DNA from: an uncultured Candidatus Saccharibacteria bacterium
GTDB lineage: Bacteria; Patescibacteriota; Minisyncoccia; UBA6257; 2-01-FULL-56-20
Assembly: GCA_964365185.1 (NCBI GenBank)
Contig: CAYIOP010000001.1
Location: 34,675-98,674, forward strand
Direction: 5' to 3'
Length of the DNA stretch: 64,000 bases
Position 1 is the stretch's first letter; every line of letters begins with the position of its first letter. The notes under the pieces are model-generated. The model was not told where the DNA came from and did no database searches. It was given only the letters and a program-made list of their open reading frames with translations. Of this stretch, positions 1-8,764 are shown in pieces. The position numbers were made by a program, and so were the translations under genes.

Positions 1-353
1 TTTTAAAAGAAGTTATCGGTTGCAGACATAAAGAGGAGTGTAATCATACCTGTAGCGGCGCTTTTAAAGTTACTGAATTTGAATTAAATTTTTATAAAGA
101 TTTTAATATTCCCTTGCCTAATCTTTGTTCAAATTGCCGGCATTTTGAACGATCAGAGGAGATGACTCCGATGAAACTTTTTAGCGGGCATTGTAATTGT
201 TTGGGTGAGAAGTCCACCGGCGGAATTTATCAAAATCAGGTCAATCATTTTCACGGCAAAGAGAAATGTCCGAATGAGTTTGAAACGAGTTATAGTCCAG
301 ATCAAGGAAAAATTGTGTATTGCAAGGAATGCTACCAGCAAGAAGTAGCATAA
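1..353 (+). CDS. Cys-rich zinc-ribbon family protein, 3' fragment (5' end lies outside window)
   Basis: The frame is open from nt 3 to the stop at 351-353. The translation GCRHKEECNHTCSGAFKVTEFELNFYKDF.IPLPNLCSNCRHFER...HFHGKEKCPNEFETSYSPDQGKIVYCKECYQQE matches the C-terminal A'-B' zinc-ribbon pair of the 13175..14977 family (LCSNCRHYERL...HCPNEFETTYAP...IIYCEECYQQEII). Confidence 0.6.
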   Translation, partial: LKEVIGCRHKEECNHTCSGAFKVTEFELNFYKDFNIPLPNLCSNCRHFERSEEMTPMKLFSGHCNCLGEKSTGGIYQNQVNHFHGKEKCPNEFETSYSPDQGKIVYCKECYQQEVA

Positions 354-356
354 AAT

Positions 357-387
357 TAGAATCTAGGATTGAGAATATAGATTATAG
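357..387. repeat. heptad-periodic TAG repeat (TAG at 357, 364, 378, 385; GAG at 371)
   Basis: Read directly in the sequence: tagaatc taggatt gagaata tagatta taggtgg, starting immediately after the stop codon of the upstream + gene. Confidence 0.5.
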
Positions 388-439
388 GTGGCGAAATTTA
401 AATTTCTTTTTCTAAATCCTATATTCTAAATTCTGTATC

Positions 440-946
440 CTAATTTTTTTTCGTGCGTTCCAGAAAATCTTTGAGTGATTTAGGGGAGCTCGCAAAATGG
501 AGTAGGATGCCGAAAGTCGCGCCTAGAGTGACTGAGAGTAAGAGGTCGTTGTGTTCTCTAATTAGAAGGTAATCAACCAAGGCGTAGAGTGAGAGCGTAG
601 TGATTAAAAGTACAGTGAGACCGATGGTTTTTAAGCCAGCCACTGTTTTTTTGGCGCTGAAAAGAATAAGAGTGATTAAACTTGAAGCAAAGGCCAACCA
701 GAGATTAAATCCCTGGAAAATTGGGTTATTAGGGAAGCCGACGCTCGTGAACATTCCGGCTTTATAAACTACGATTATCGCCACTAAAATTACTCCTCCC
801 CAAAATCCGGCTTTAATGGATTTTACCTCTTTAACAAAATCCGGATCTTTGGCGGTTTGTTTGGTGGTCAAGACAATAACTAAAAGAATAAACGGCACTA
901 TGACCCAGATGATGAGGTTGAACAAAAAATCCAGGGTTTTAGGCAT
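440..946 (-). CDS. hypothetical integral membrane protein (4-5 predicted TM helices)
   Basis: 168-aa ORF with strongly hydrophobic segments and no recognisable catalytic motif. Confidence 0.4.
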   Translation of the reverse strand: MPKTLDFLFNLIIWVIVPFILLVIVLTTKQTAKDPDFVKEVKSIKAGFWGGVILVAIIVVYKAGMFTSVGFPNNPIFQGFNLWLAFASSLITLILFSAKKTVAGLKTIGLTVLLITTLSLYALVDYLLIREHNDLLLSVTLGATFGILLHFASSPKSLKDFLERTKKN

Positions 947-1101
947 ATTTAAAAGTGTAAAATTTAAAAATCAAAGTGGAAAATAACAATGAAAAATTGA
1001 AAATGACTTCGGTTAAATTATATAACTTGAGTTAGAGTTTCGCAATATCTCACTGGTATTTCCAAGTTCCTGTTTTTAAAGTAAAATAATAGAGATTATT
1101 T

Positions 1102-2922
1102 ATGCCTAAATTAAGACCAGATGTAGTTTATTTCGCCAGAACGGATTTTAGGAATACTAAGCGGCTTTTTGGAATTAAACGTAAGGATCGTCGGCAACAC
1201 AACTATGTGGTTGGTAAGACCGGAACCGGTAAAACAGCGTTGATTCATAATATGGTGGTTCAGGATATTACCAATGGCGAGGGGGTCTGCGTGGTCGACC
1301 CTCACGGTGAGTTTGTGGAGAGTTTGCTCGCAAAAATCCCGGAAGAGCGGATTGATGATGTTATTTATTTTAATCCGGCGGATATTGACCATCCAATTGG
1401 GTTCAACCCGCTTGAATTGCCAGACCCTAAATACCGACATTTGGCCGCATCGGGGTTGATGGCGATTTTTACGAAAATTTGGTCTAATGTTTGGTCGGCT
1501 CGGATGGAATATATTTTAAACAACGCAATTTTGGCGCTTTTAGAAAACTCTAATTCAACTTTACTTGGGATAAATCGGATTTTAGTGGATAAAGATTTTC
1601 GTCAAAAGATTGTGGCGAATGTTAAAGACCCGGTGGTCAGGGCTTTTTGGATTAATGAATTTGAGGCCTGGAGAGATCAGTTTAGGAATGAGGCCATTGC
1701 TCCGATTCAAAATAAAGTGGGTCAGTTTTTGTCAACGGATTTAATTCGAAACGTGGTGGGGCAGACCAAAAGCACGATTGATGTTTTTGACATTATGAAT
1801 AATCGAAAGATTTTTCTAGTTAATGTTTCCAAAGGTAGAATTGGTGAAGACAATTCCGCGCTTCTGGGGGCGATGTTGATTACTAAAATTCAACTGGCTG
1901 CGATGGAGCGAGTTCGAATTCCGGAAGAGGAGCGGGCTGATTTTTATCTTTACGTGGACGAGTTTCAAAATTTCGCGACCGATTCTTTTGCGGGAATTTT
2001 GTCGGAAGCCAGAAAATACCGATTAAATTTAATTATTGCCCATCAATATGTCGGTCAGTTAGTGACAGATGTTTCAACTAAGGTTAGAGACGCGGTTTTC
2101 GGTAACTGTGGAACAATGATGGTTTTTAGAGTTGGCGCCACTGACGCCGAATTTTTGGAAAAAGAATTTACACCGGAATTTATGATTGAGGATTTGGTAA
2201 ATTTACCCAATTACGCAATTTACCTTAAATTAATGGTGGATGGCGTGACTTCCCGGCCTTTCTCGGCCGCGACTTTACCACCGTTTAAGATTCCAACTTC
2301 AGCCGTCACAATCGAGCGGGTAGTTGATATTTCTCGATTAAATTATACTTTGCCCAAAGAGGAGGTTGAGGAGGCGATAATTAAGTGGAGTGGCAGTATG
2401 GGCGATTCAGATTCTGGCAGTATAGAGAGGAGAGGTGAAAATGTTTTGGCGGCGGGACATAAAGTTCAGGCCACTTGTTCTTCTTGTGGTAAGCGAACTG
2501 AATTAAATTTTATTCCCACTGAGGGCCGGGCGGTTTATTGTAAAGATTGTCTCCAGAAAATTAAATCCGGAGAGATGTCTAGGGTTAAGGTGGGGAAAAT
2601 TAAAGAGTTAAGGCCGTCTGAGAAAGACCCGTCGGATTTGGCGTTTTTGGGCATTGAATTTAAACAATCGAAGCCGGAAGAAAAGAGGGAAGATGGTTTT
2701 GAACAAAAATCTGGACTGGCAGCGCCACCGACAAAAGAAACTTCTGAATTCCACGAAATTTCGCGGTCAACCGAACCAAAGATTTCCTTAAGTGAGCTTA
2801 AACAAGTGGATACAGTGCCGAGAGACAAGAAATCAGACCAAGTTAGTATTGATGAGTTGAGAAAGTCCATCGAACGGGCGCTTGAAAGCCAAAGCGAATC
2901 AAGTCAAGAGGGGAACGAATGA
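1102..2922 (+). CDS. DUF87-type P-loop NTPase (HerA/TraD/VirD4-like) with long low-complexity C-terminal tail ending in a zinc ribbon
   Basis: Walker A is [10 protein letters not shown], followed by a DPHGEF motif, a Walker-B-like [10 protein letters not shown], then AHQ. The C-terminal [25 protein letters not shown] is the B-type zinc ribbon of the Cys-rich family. The stop overlaps the trmD start (ATGA at 2919-2922). Confidence 0.7.
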   Translation: MPKLRPDVVYFARTDFRNTKRLFGIKRKDRRQHNYVVGKTGTGKTALIHNMVVQDITNGEGVCVVDPHGEFVESLLAKIPEERIDDVIYFNPADIDHPIGFNPLELPDPKYRHLAASGLMAIFTKIWSNVWSARMEYILNNAILALLENSNSTLLGINRILVDKDFRQKIVANVKDPVVRAFWINEFEAWRDQFRNEAIAPIQNKVGQFLSTDLIRNVVGQTKSTIDVFDIMNNRKIFLVNVSKGRIGEDNSALLGAMLITKIQLAAMERVRIPEEERADFYLYVDEFQNFATDSFAGILSEARKYRLNLIIAHQYVGQLVTDVSTKVRDAVFGNCGTMMVFRVGATDAEFLEKEFTPEFMIEDLVNLPNYAIYLKLMVDGVTSRPFSAATLPPFKIPTSAVTIERVVDISRLNYTLPKEEVEEAIIKWSGSMGDSDSGSIERRGENVLAAGHKVQATCSSCGKRTELNFIPTEGRAVYCKDCLQKIKSGEMSRVKVGKIKELRPSEKDPSDLAFLGIEFKQSKPEEKREDGFEQKSGLAAPPTKETSEFHEISRSTEPKISLSELKQVDTVPRDKKSDQVSIDELRKSIERALESQSESSQEGNE

Positions 2923-3605
2923 AAATAAAAACCAAATCCGGAAAAATTCGGTTTGACGCCATTACGATTTTCCCTAAAATATTCGATTCTTATTTGAAAG
3001 AATCGCTTTTTAAGCGCGCTTTGGCGAATAAATTAATTGAATTTAAAGTTTGGAATCTTCGAGATTTTACGCAAGACAAACATCATAAAGTTGATGATCG
3101 GCCGTTTGGGGGCGGGCCGGGAATGGTTTTAAAAATTGAGCCGATATATCGGGCAGTATCGTTTTTAAGCGAAAAACGAAAAGCGAAAAGCGAAAAGTTG
3201 AAAATCAGGGTTATTTTGTTTTCAACAAGAGGAAAAAAGTTAGATGTTAAAATGGCGCGGCGACTTTTGAGTTATGATCAGTTGATTTTAATTTGTGGCC
3301 GGTATGAAGGAGTAGATGAAAGAGTGGTGAGATATGTAGTGGATGAAGAAATTTCAATCGGGGATTATGTTTTATCTGGAGGTGAATTGCCGGCTTTGGT
3401 TTTAGTGGAAACGGTAGCTCGTTTAATCCCCGGTTTTCTCGGAAAATATGAATCCCTTGAGGATGTTAAGGGATTTTATCCGGTTTACACTCGGCCCGGA
3501 GATTTTAAACCGGAGGGGAAAATAAAATTTTTGAGCGCGCCAAAAATTCTTTTGTCTGGAGACCATAAGAAAATAAAAGCGTGGCGGGATAAATTTAACA
3601 ATTAA
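2919..3605 (+). CDS. trmD: tRNA (guanine37-N1)-methyltransferase TrmD
   Basis: Contains [22 protein letters not shown] and [17 protein letters not shown], the SPOUT-fold motifs of TrmD. It also carries an in-frame KRKAKSEK insert encoded by a gaaaagc heptad repeat. Confidence 0.85.
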   Translation: MKIKTKSGKIRFDAITIFPKIFDSYLKESLFKRALANKLIEFKVWNLRDFTQDKHHKVDDRPFGGGPGMVLKIEPIYRAVSFLSEKRKAKSEKLKIRVILFSTRGKKLDVKMARRLLSYDQLILICGRYEGVDERVVRYVVDEEISIGDYVLSGGELPALVLVETVARLIPGFLGKYESLEDVKGFYPVYTRPGDFKPEGKIKFLSAPKILLSGDHKKIKAWRDKFNN

Positions 3606-3644
3606 GTTTAATTAAATGGATTGGTATTGTTTATGGATAAAGCT

Positions 3645-3716
3645 ATCAAGATTTTGCAAGTAATTTTCTTCCTAGCCAAAAGGCCTAAGTCAGAAACTTA
3701 CTTGCAAAATCTTGAT
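3645..3716 (+). repeat. long stem-loop: 19-bp perfect inverted repeat (3645-3663 and 3698-3716) with 34-nt loop
   Basis: atcaagattttgcaagtaa ... ttacttgcaaaatcttgat, read directly. It sits between trmD and comEC. A T-rich stretch follows, so it may be a terminator. Confidence 0.4.
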
Positions 3717-3771
3717 TGATTGGTGTAAGTATTTTCTTCTTAGATAAAACGTCTAAATTTGATTTTATTTT

Positions 3772-5199
3772 ATGTTTAAATCGCAGATTGTGACTTTTGC
3801 GGGAGTGTTTTTACTAATCGGTATTTTTGCCGCTTCTTCAGGATGGAGTTTTTACGGGACGAGTTTTTTGATACTTATTTTTCTTTTTGCGTTTTTTTGG
3901 TATAAGAAGAGAGAAAAATTTTATAAGGGAATAGCGCTAATTTTTATTTTTTTCGCTCTCGGATTTTTTTATTATCATTTTTTTACCAATTTTTTTGAAG
4001 TTAGAACCAAAGTAATTTTTAATCAGGAAATCGAATTTGTCGGAAAAGTGGTGAGCGATCCGCGTTTTTTTGAAAATACTCAAGTGTTTGATTTAAAACT
4101 TCAAGAATCTGATCAAGGCACAGTTGTGGTTTTATTGCCTTTGTCGCCGAAATTTGAATATGGCGACCAAGTTAAATTTAATGGAAAAATTGAAAGAGGC
4201 GTGGATAGACGAACTAAACCAACAGTTTTTTTTCCGGACGCGAATTTACTTCAAAAACATCAAGGTTTTTGGGTTAAGGAAAAACTTTTGCGTTTTAAAG
4301 CAGTCCAGCTGGCTCAATTTCGGCGATTTTTATCTCGCGATCAGGCCGCGCTTTTAGCTGGTGAAACCTTTGGTTTTCGAGGAGATTTTACCGAAGAATT
4401 GAAATCGGCGATGAATTTAAGCGGCACTACGCATATCGTGGCTCTTTCTGGATATAATATCGCTATTTTGGTTTTGGCGATTCAAAAAACACTCACCAAT
4501 TTTATGTCTAGGAAAAAGCGATTTTGGCTGATTATTTTGGTAATTCTGCTTTTTTTAATTATGGTTGGGGGTGAGGCGTCGGTGGTGCGGGCGGCGCTCA
4601 TGGGTTTCCTCGTGCTTTTGGCAAGAGAAGCGGGAAGGCCTTACGATGTTTTTCGGGCGATTATTTTGGCGGCGGTATTGATGGCGATACTTAATCCCAA
4701 TATTTTACACTACGACGTTGGCTTTCAACTTTCTTTTTTGAGTTTGTTAGGGTTAGTTTATCTTGAGCCAGTAGTGTCGAAATTTTTTAAAGTCCAAGAT
4801 AAACCCCCAAGTTTTTTAAGCTGGCGGGAAAATGGAATCATTGCGCTTTCGGCCCAGTTGGCTGTGGCGCCGATTATAATTCAAAATTTCAACCAATTCT
4901 CTTTAACTTCCATTTTTAGTAATATTTTAATTTTGGAAGTCGTTCCTTTGGCCATGTTTTTCGGTTTTTTAATTGGAACTCTTGCTTCAATTTGGAGCGT
5001 GTTGGGATTTCTCGCCGCAAAATTTACGGCAGTGATTTTGGCGTATCAGATATGGGTTATTAAATTTTTTGCCGGTATACCTTGGTTTATAGGCGGTCAG
5101 TTTTTCCCTAAATTTTTTTTAATCGGATATTATTTGATTTTGGCGTCTAGCGTATTTTTCTATTATTATGGAAAAAAGAAAGGAACAGGCTTCGGTTAG
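3772..5199 (+). CDS. comEC: ComEC/Rec2 competence channel, N-terminal and competence domains
   Basis: Polytopic membrane protein with NLSGTTHIVALSGYNIAIL, the ComEC competence-domain signature. The MBL domain is encoded by the separate next ORF. Confidence 0.7.
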   Translation: MFKSQIVTFAGVFLLIGIFAASSGWSFYGTSFLILIFLFAFFWYKKREKFYKGIALIFIFFALGFFYYHFFTNFFEVRTKVIFNQEIEFVGKVVSDPRFFENTQVFDLKLQESDQGTVVVLLPLSPKFEYGDQVKFNGKIERGVDRRTKPTVFFPDANLLQKHQGFWVKEKLLRFKAVQLAQFRRFLSRDQAALLAGETFGFRGDFTEELKSAMNLSGTTHIVALSGYNIAILVLAIQKTLTNFMSRKKRFWLIILVILLFLIMVGGEASVVRAALMGFLVLLAREAGRPYDVFRAIILAAVLMAILNPNILHYDVGFQLSFLSLLGLVYLEPVVSKFFKVQDKPPSFLSWRENGIIALSAQLAVAPIIIQNFNQFSLTSIFSNILILEVVPLAMFFGFLIGTLASIWSVLGFLAAKFTAVILAYQIWVIKFFAGIPWFIGGQFFPKFFLIGYYLILASSVFFYYYGKKKGTGFG

Positions 5200-5216
5200 G
5201 CCAATTAATTTTATTT

Positions 5217-6083
5217 ATGAACCAAAAAAATAATTTAAGTTTGATAATTTTTTTAATTTTGATTGTTTTTAATTTAGGAAGTTGGTATTTAGTGTTTTTT
5301 TCAAATGCCTCAAGTGAATCCGGGATTTATTTTTTAGATGTCGGTCAGGGCGATAGCAGTTTGCTTAAATTTGGTGGAGCCGAGATTTTGATTGACGCGG
5401 GCCCAAATTCAAAAGTAATTCAGTCGTTAGGGGCGAAGATGTTGGGGGATAAGTATATTGATTTAGGAGTAATAACTCATCCGGAACTAGACCATTTCAA
5501 TGGATTTAATTATCTTTTGAGCCGATATAATTTTGGGGCTTTTATAATTAACGGTCGGAGAGGAAGGACGGCCGAGTGGTCCGAGTTTTTAGCGGCGGCC
5601 GAGACCCATCAGATTCCAGTTTTAACTTTAGGAGCTGGGGATAAAATTTCTTACAATGATAATGAATTTAAAATTATTTCTCCAAGTGTTCAAGTTTTGG
5701 GTACTGGAGCGATGAATGATACCAGTTTAGTCGGCAAATTAGAAACTAGAAATTTTGGAGCTTTATTTTTAGGCGATATTAGCGAGAGTATTGAAAAATT
5801 TCTAATTCAAAATTATGAGCTTGAATTTCTGCGGGTTGAAGTTCTTAAGATTGCCCACCATGGCTCAAAATTTTCATCCAATAACGATTTTTTAAAAACC
5901 GTAGCGCCGAAAATCGCGTTAATTGGAGTGGGGGCAAGCAATACTTATGGTCATCCGACGCCTCAGACGCTTGAGCGGCTTACTAATTTGGAAGCTAAAA
6001 TTTTTCGAACTGACTTAGATGGAACAATTGTTATTCGGGAAATTGATGACAAATTAAAGGTTTTTTTGGGCATAGAGCAATGA
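5217..6083 (+). CDS. Metallo-beta-lactamase-fold protein (ComEC C-terminal domain as separate ORF with own N-terminal TM helix)
   Basis: FLDVGQGDSSLL, ILIDAGP, HPELDHFNG, AHHGS and TYGHP are MBL motifs typical of the ComEC C-terminal domain. The ORF starts 18 nt after the comEC stop. Confidence 0.7.
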   Translation: MNQKNNLSLIIFLILIVFNLGSWYLVFFSNASSESGIYFLDVGQGDSSLLKFGGAEILIDAGPNSKVIQSLGAKMLGDKYIDLGVITHPELDHFNGFNYLLSRYNFGAFIINGRRGRTAEWSEFLAAAETHQIPVLTLGAGDKISYNDNEFKIISPSVQVLGTGAMNDTSLVGKLETRNFGALFLGDISESIEKFLIQNYELEFLRVEVLKIAHHGSKFSSNNDFLKTVAPKIALIGVGASNTYGHPTPQTLERLTNLEAKIFRTDLDGTIVIREIDDKLKVFLGIEQ

Positions 6084-6131
6084 AATCGGGGATTATTTAA
6101 TAGGGGTTTTGGCGTGTTATAATTTAAAGTA

Positions 6132-7640
6132 ATGAATCTTTTGATTAAAAACGTTCAGATTATCGGGAGCGATCAAAAATTGCCGGATAGTTTGGATGTT
6201 TTTGTAAGCGGCGAGAAAATTGCGGCTATCGGACTTTTTCCAGGGAAGAAGGCCGATACTATTATTGATGGCCGAGGTTGTTACTTAGCTCCGGGTTTTA
6301 TTGATGTTGATACTGAGTCCGACCACTATTTGAGCATTTTAAATAATCCTGGCCAGGATGATTTTTTGAAGCAGGGCGTAACCAGTATTATTGGCGGTCT
6401 TTGCGGCGCGTCACTGGCGCCACTTCTCTATGGTAGTTTGGAGTCGATTGAGGAATGGGTGGATGTGCGGAGCGTGAATGTGGATTGGCACACCATGGGC
6501 GAGTTTTTGAATTTAATTAGCCAAAAAAAACTGGGAGTTAACTTTGGAACTTTGGTGGGCCACACAACTTTGCGTCAAGCCATTATTGGCAAAACCCCAA
6601 GGAATTTAACCAAAAATGAACTGACGGTTTTAGGTGAGGTTTTAAAAAGAGCGGTATCAGAAGGCGGTTTGGGATTGTCAACTGGTTTGGGTTATGTTCA
6701 GAGTCGCGAGACGCCTTATTCGGAGTTAAAATTTTTAGTGAAGATAGTTCAGGATTTAGGCGGAGTTTACGCTACTCATCTTCGAGATGACGCGGAGGGG
6801 CTAACCGAATCACTAGCTGAGACAATTAAAATTACCGAGGAGACCGGCAGTAAAACCTTAATCAGTCATTTTGTGCCGGTTAAAGGTTATGAATCTAAAT
6901 ATGAGCAGGCACTTAGACAACTTGAGGGTTTGCCGAATAAGCTTGATTTAAATTTTAGTATTTATCCATCGGACAGCCGGATTTTAAAACTTTATACTTT
7001 TTTGCCGCCTTGGGCTCAAAAAGACGATTTAAAGGTTATGGCTTTGGGGCTTAAGGATGAGTGGTTAAGTAAAAAAATTATTCAAGATTTACCAAAAATC
7101 GATCCGAAAAAATTTGTGGTGGCTCAGGCGCCGGATAATGAATTTGTGGTTGGTTATTCACTTGAGGAACTTAGAAAAATTTATTCTTTTAAAACTTATG
7201 AGGAGGCGCTCATAAAATTAATGTTGACCACCAATTTAAAAGCCACGATATTTTATAAAAATATTGATTATGATTTGATTAAAAAAGCTATTCAAAATTC
7301 TAAGTCGTTGATTGCGTCAAACGCCGCCAGTTTTAAAGATGATTTGTGGCATAAAGCTTTGAAGCCCGAGCGGGCTGTGTCGACCTTTACTAATTTTCTG
7401 GCGTTAATTTTCAAGGATAAAATAATGTCAATTGAAGACGGCATTAAAAAAATTACTTACGAGCCGGCTCGGAAATTTGGAATGCGGGAGAGGGGAGTGA
7501 TTCGTAGCGGTTACTTCGCCGATTTAGTCGGATTTCGGGAAGATAAGATTGAGTTTGTGGTCGTAAATGGTCGGATTGCCGTTTTAAACGGCGAACGGAT
7601 TGATAATTCGGCCGGGAAAGTTTTGAAGCACAGGGCTTAA
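6132..7640 (+). CDS. Amidohydrolase-family protein (N-acyl-D-amino-acid deacylase-like), first metal-binding motif degenerate
   Basis: LIKNVQIIG...IDGRGCYLAPGFIDVDTESDHY aligns to D-aminoacylase PGFIDVHTHDD, but the HxH is replaced by DxE. The overall amidohydrolase_3 layout is kept. Confidence 0.6.
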   Translation: MNLLIKNVQIIGSDQKLPDSLDVFVSGEKIAAIGLFPGKKADTIIDGRGCYLAPGFIDVDTESDHYLSILNNPGQDDFLKQGVTSIIGGLCGASLAPLLYGSLESIEEWVDVRSVNVDWHTMGEFLNLISQKKLGVNFGTLVGHTTLRQAIIGKTPRNLTKNELTVLGEVLKRAVSEGGLGLSTGLGYVQSRETPYSELKFLVKIVQDLGGVYATHLRDDAEGLTESLAETIKITEETGSKTLISHFVPVKGYESKYEQALRQLEGLPNKLDLNFSIYPSDSRILKLYTFLPPWAQKDDLKVMALGLKDEWLSKKIIQDLPKIDPKKFVVAQAPDNEFVVGYSLEELRKIYSFKTYEEALIKLMLTTNLKATIFYKNIDYDLIKKAIQNSKSLIASNAASFKDDLWHKALKPERAVSTFTNFLALIFKDKIMSIEDGIKKITYEPARKFGMRERGVIRSGYFADLVGFREDKIEFVVVNGRIAVLNGERIDNSAGKVLKHRA

Positions 7641-7651
7641 TTTTTTTAAAT

Positions 7652-8764
7652 ATGTTTGGAGTTCGCGTTAAAACTGGACATCGCCCCGACTATTTTCTTC
7701 TGGCGGTTATTTTTCTTTTAGTTATGTTTGGTTTAGTAATGTTATCAAGCGCTTCTTCGGAATTGGGAAAAATTAAGTTTGATGATAGTTATTATTATTT
7801 AAAGCATCAACTTTTAAATGGTTTTGTAATTGGTTTGACGGGTTTTTTACTGGGTTATAAATTGAATTATCAATATTATCGAAAGTTCGCGTTGATTCTT
7901 TTTATCGCCAGTTTGGGCCTTTTGGCTTTGGTTTTTACCCCGTTGGGAGTTTCTTCTGGTGGAGCCACTCGATGGATTAAATTAGGGCCGGTGATTTTTC
8001 AGCCGGCCGAGATTTTAAAGCTGACTTTTATTATGTATTTGGCGGCTTGGCTTAATAACCCCAATGTTCAGCGAGGAAAGAATTTTCTTCAGGGTTTTGT
8101 TCCTTTTTTAGCTATTTCGGCGGTGATGGCGGTGCTTTTAATTTTGCAGCCAGCAACCAGCATGGTGGTAGTTTTAATCGGATCAGGACTAATCGTTTAT
8201 TTTTTGAGCGGCGCCAAAATCAAATTTTTGGCGATTTTGATGGCTTTAGGATTAATTGGTTTTGGCTTAGTAGTGTATTTTACTCCCTATCGATTAAAGA
8301 GAGTGGTAAGTTTTTTTCGTCCTCAAAATATTCAGGAGGAAAGTTATCATTTGAATGAGGCCTTAATTGCGCTCGGGTCGGGTGGAGTGGGCGGGGTTGG
8401 GTTTGGCGAGTCAAGAACCAAAACCAATTATTTGCCGGCAGCGGTTGACGACTCAATTTTCGCGGTGATTGGAGAGGAGCTTGGATTTATTGGTGCTGGA
8501 GGTTTGATCGCGGTTTTAGGACTCCTGACTTTCCGTCTTTTTTGGATTGCTTATAAATTAAGAGATCAGTTTGGCCGATTGCTGCTGGTTGGTTTCGGAG
8601 CTTTAATTGGAATTCAATCTATAATTAATATTGGGGCAATGTCAGGACTCTTGCCTTTAACCGGAGTGCCCTTGCCTTTTATTAGTTATGGCGGAACGGC
8701 GCTCGCGATTTTTATGGTGATGAGCGGCGTGGCTTTAAATGTTTCTAAATATTCTCAAAATTAA
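7652..8764 (+). CDS. ftsW: SEDS-family peptidoglycan glycosyltransferase FtsW/RodA
   Basis: About 10 TM segments. Motifs GGATRWIKLGP.IFQPAEILKL and PLPFISYGGTALAIF. Confidence 0.8.
   Translation: MFGVRVKTGHRPDYFLLAVIFLLVMFGLVMLSSASSELGKIKFDDSYYYLKHQLLNGFVIGLTGFLLGYKLNYQYYRKFALILFIASLGLLALVFTPLGVSSGGATRWIKLGPVIFQPAEILKLTFIMYLAAWLNNPNVQRGKNFLQGFVPFLAISAVMAVLLILQPATSMVVVLIGSGLIVYFLSGAKIKFLAILMALGLIGFGLVVYFTPYRLKRVVSFFRPQNIQEESYHLNEALIALGSGGVGGVGFGESRTKTNYLPAAVDDSIFAVIGEELGFIGAGGLIAVLGLLTFRLFWIAYKLRDQFGRLLLVGFGALIGIQSIINIGAMSGLLPLTGVPLPFISYGGTALAIFMVMSGVALNVSKYSQN

Noticed and set aside
1111-1440. Antisense or shadow ORFs nested in annotated CDS (for example 1111..1440, 23484..23807, 52584..52955, 60292..60609, 55296..55535)
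   Set aside because: They lie entirely inside well-supported genes on the opposite strand or in an alternative frame, with no independent motif or RBS. They are typical six-frame artefacts.
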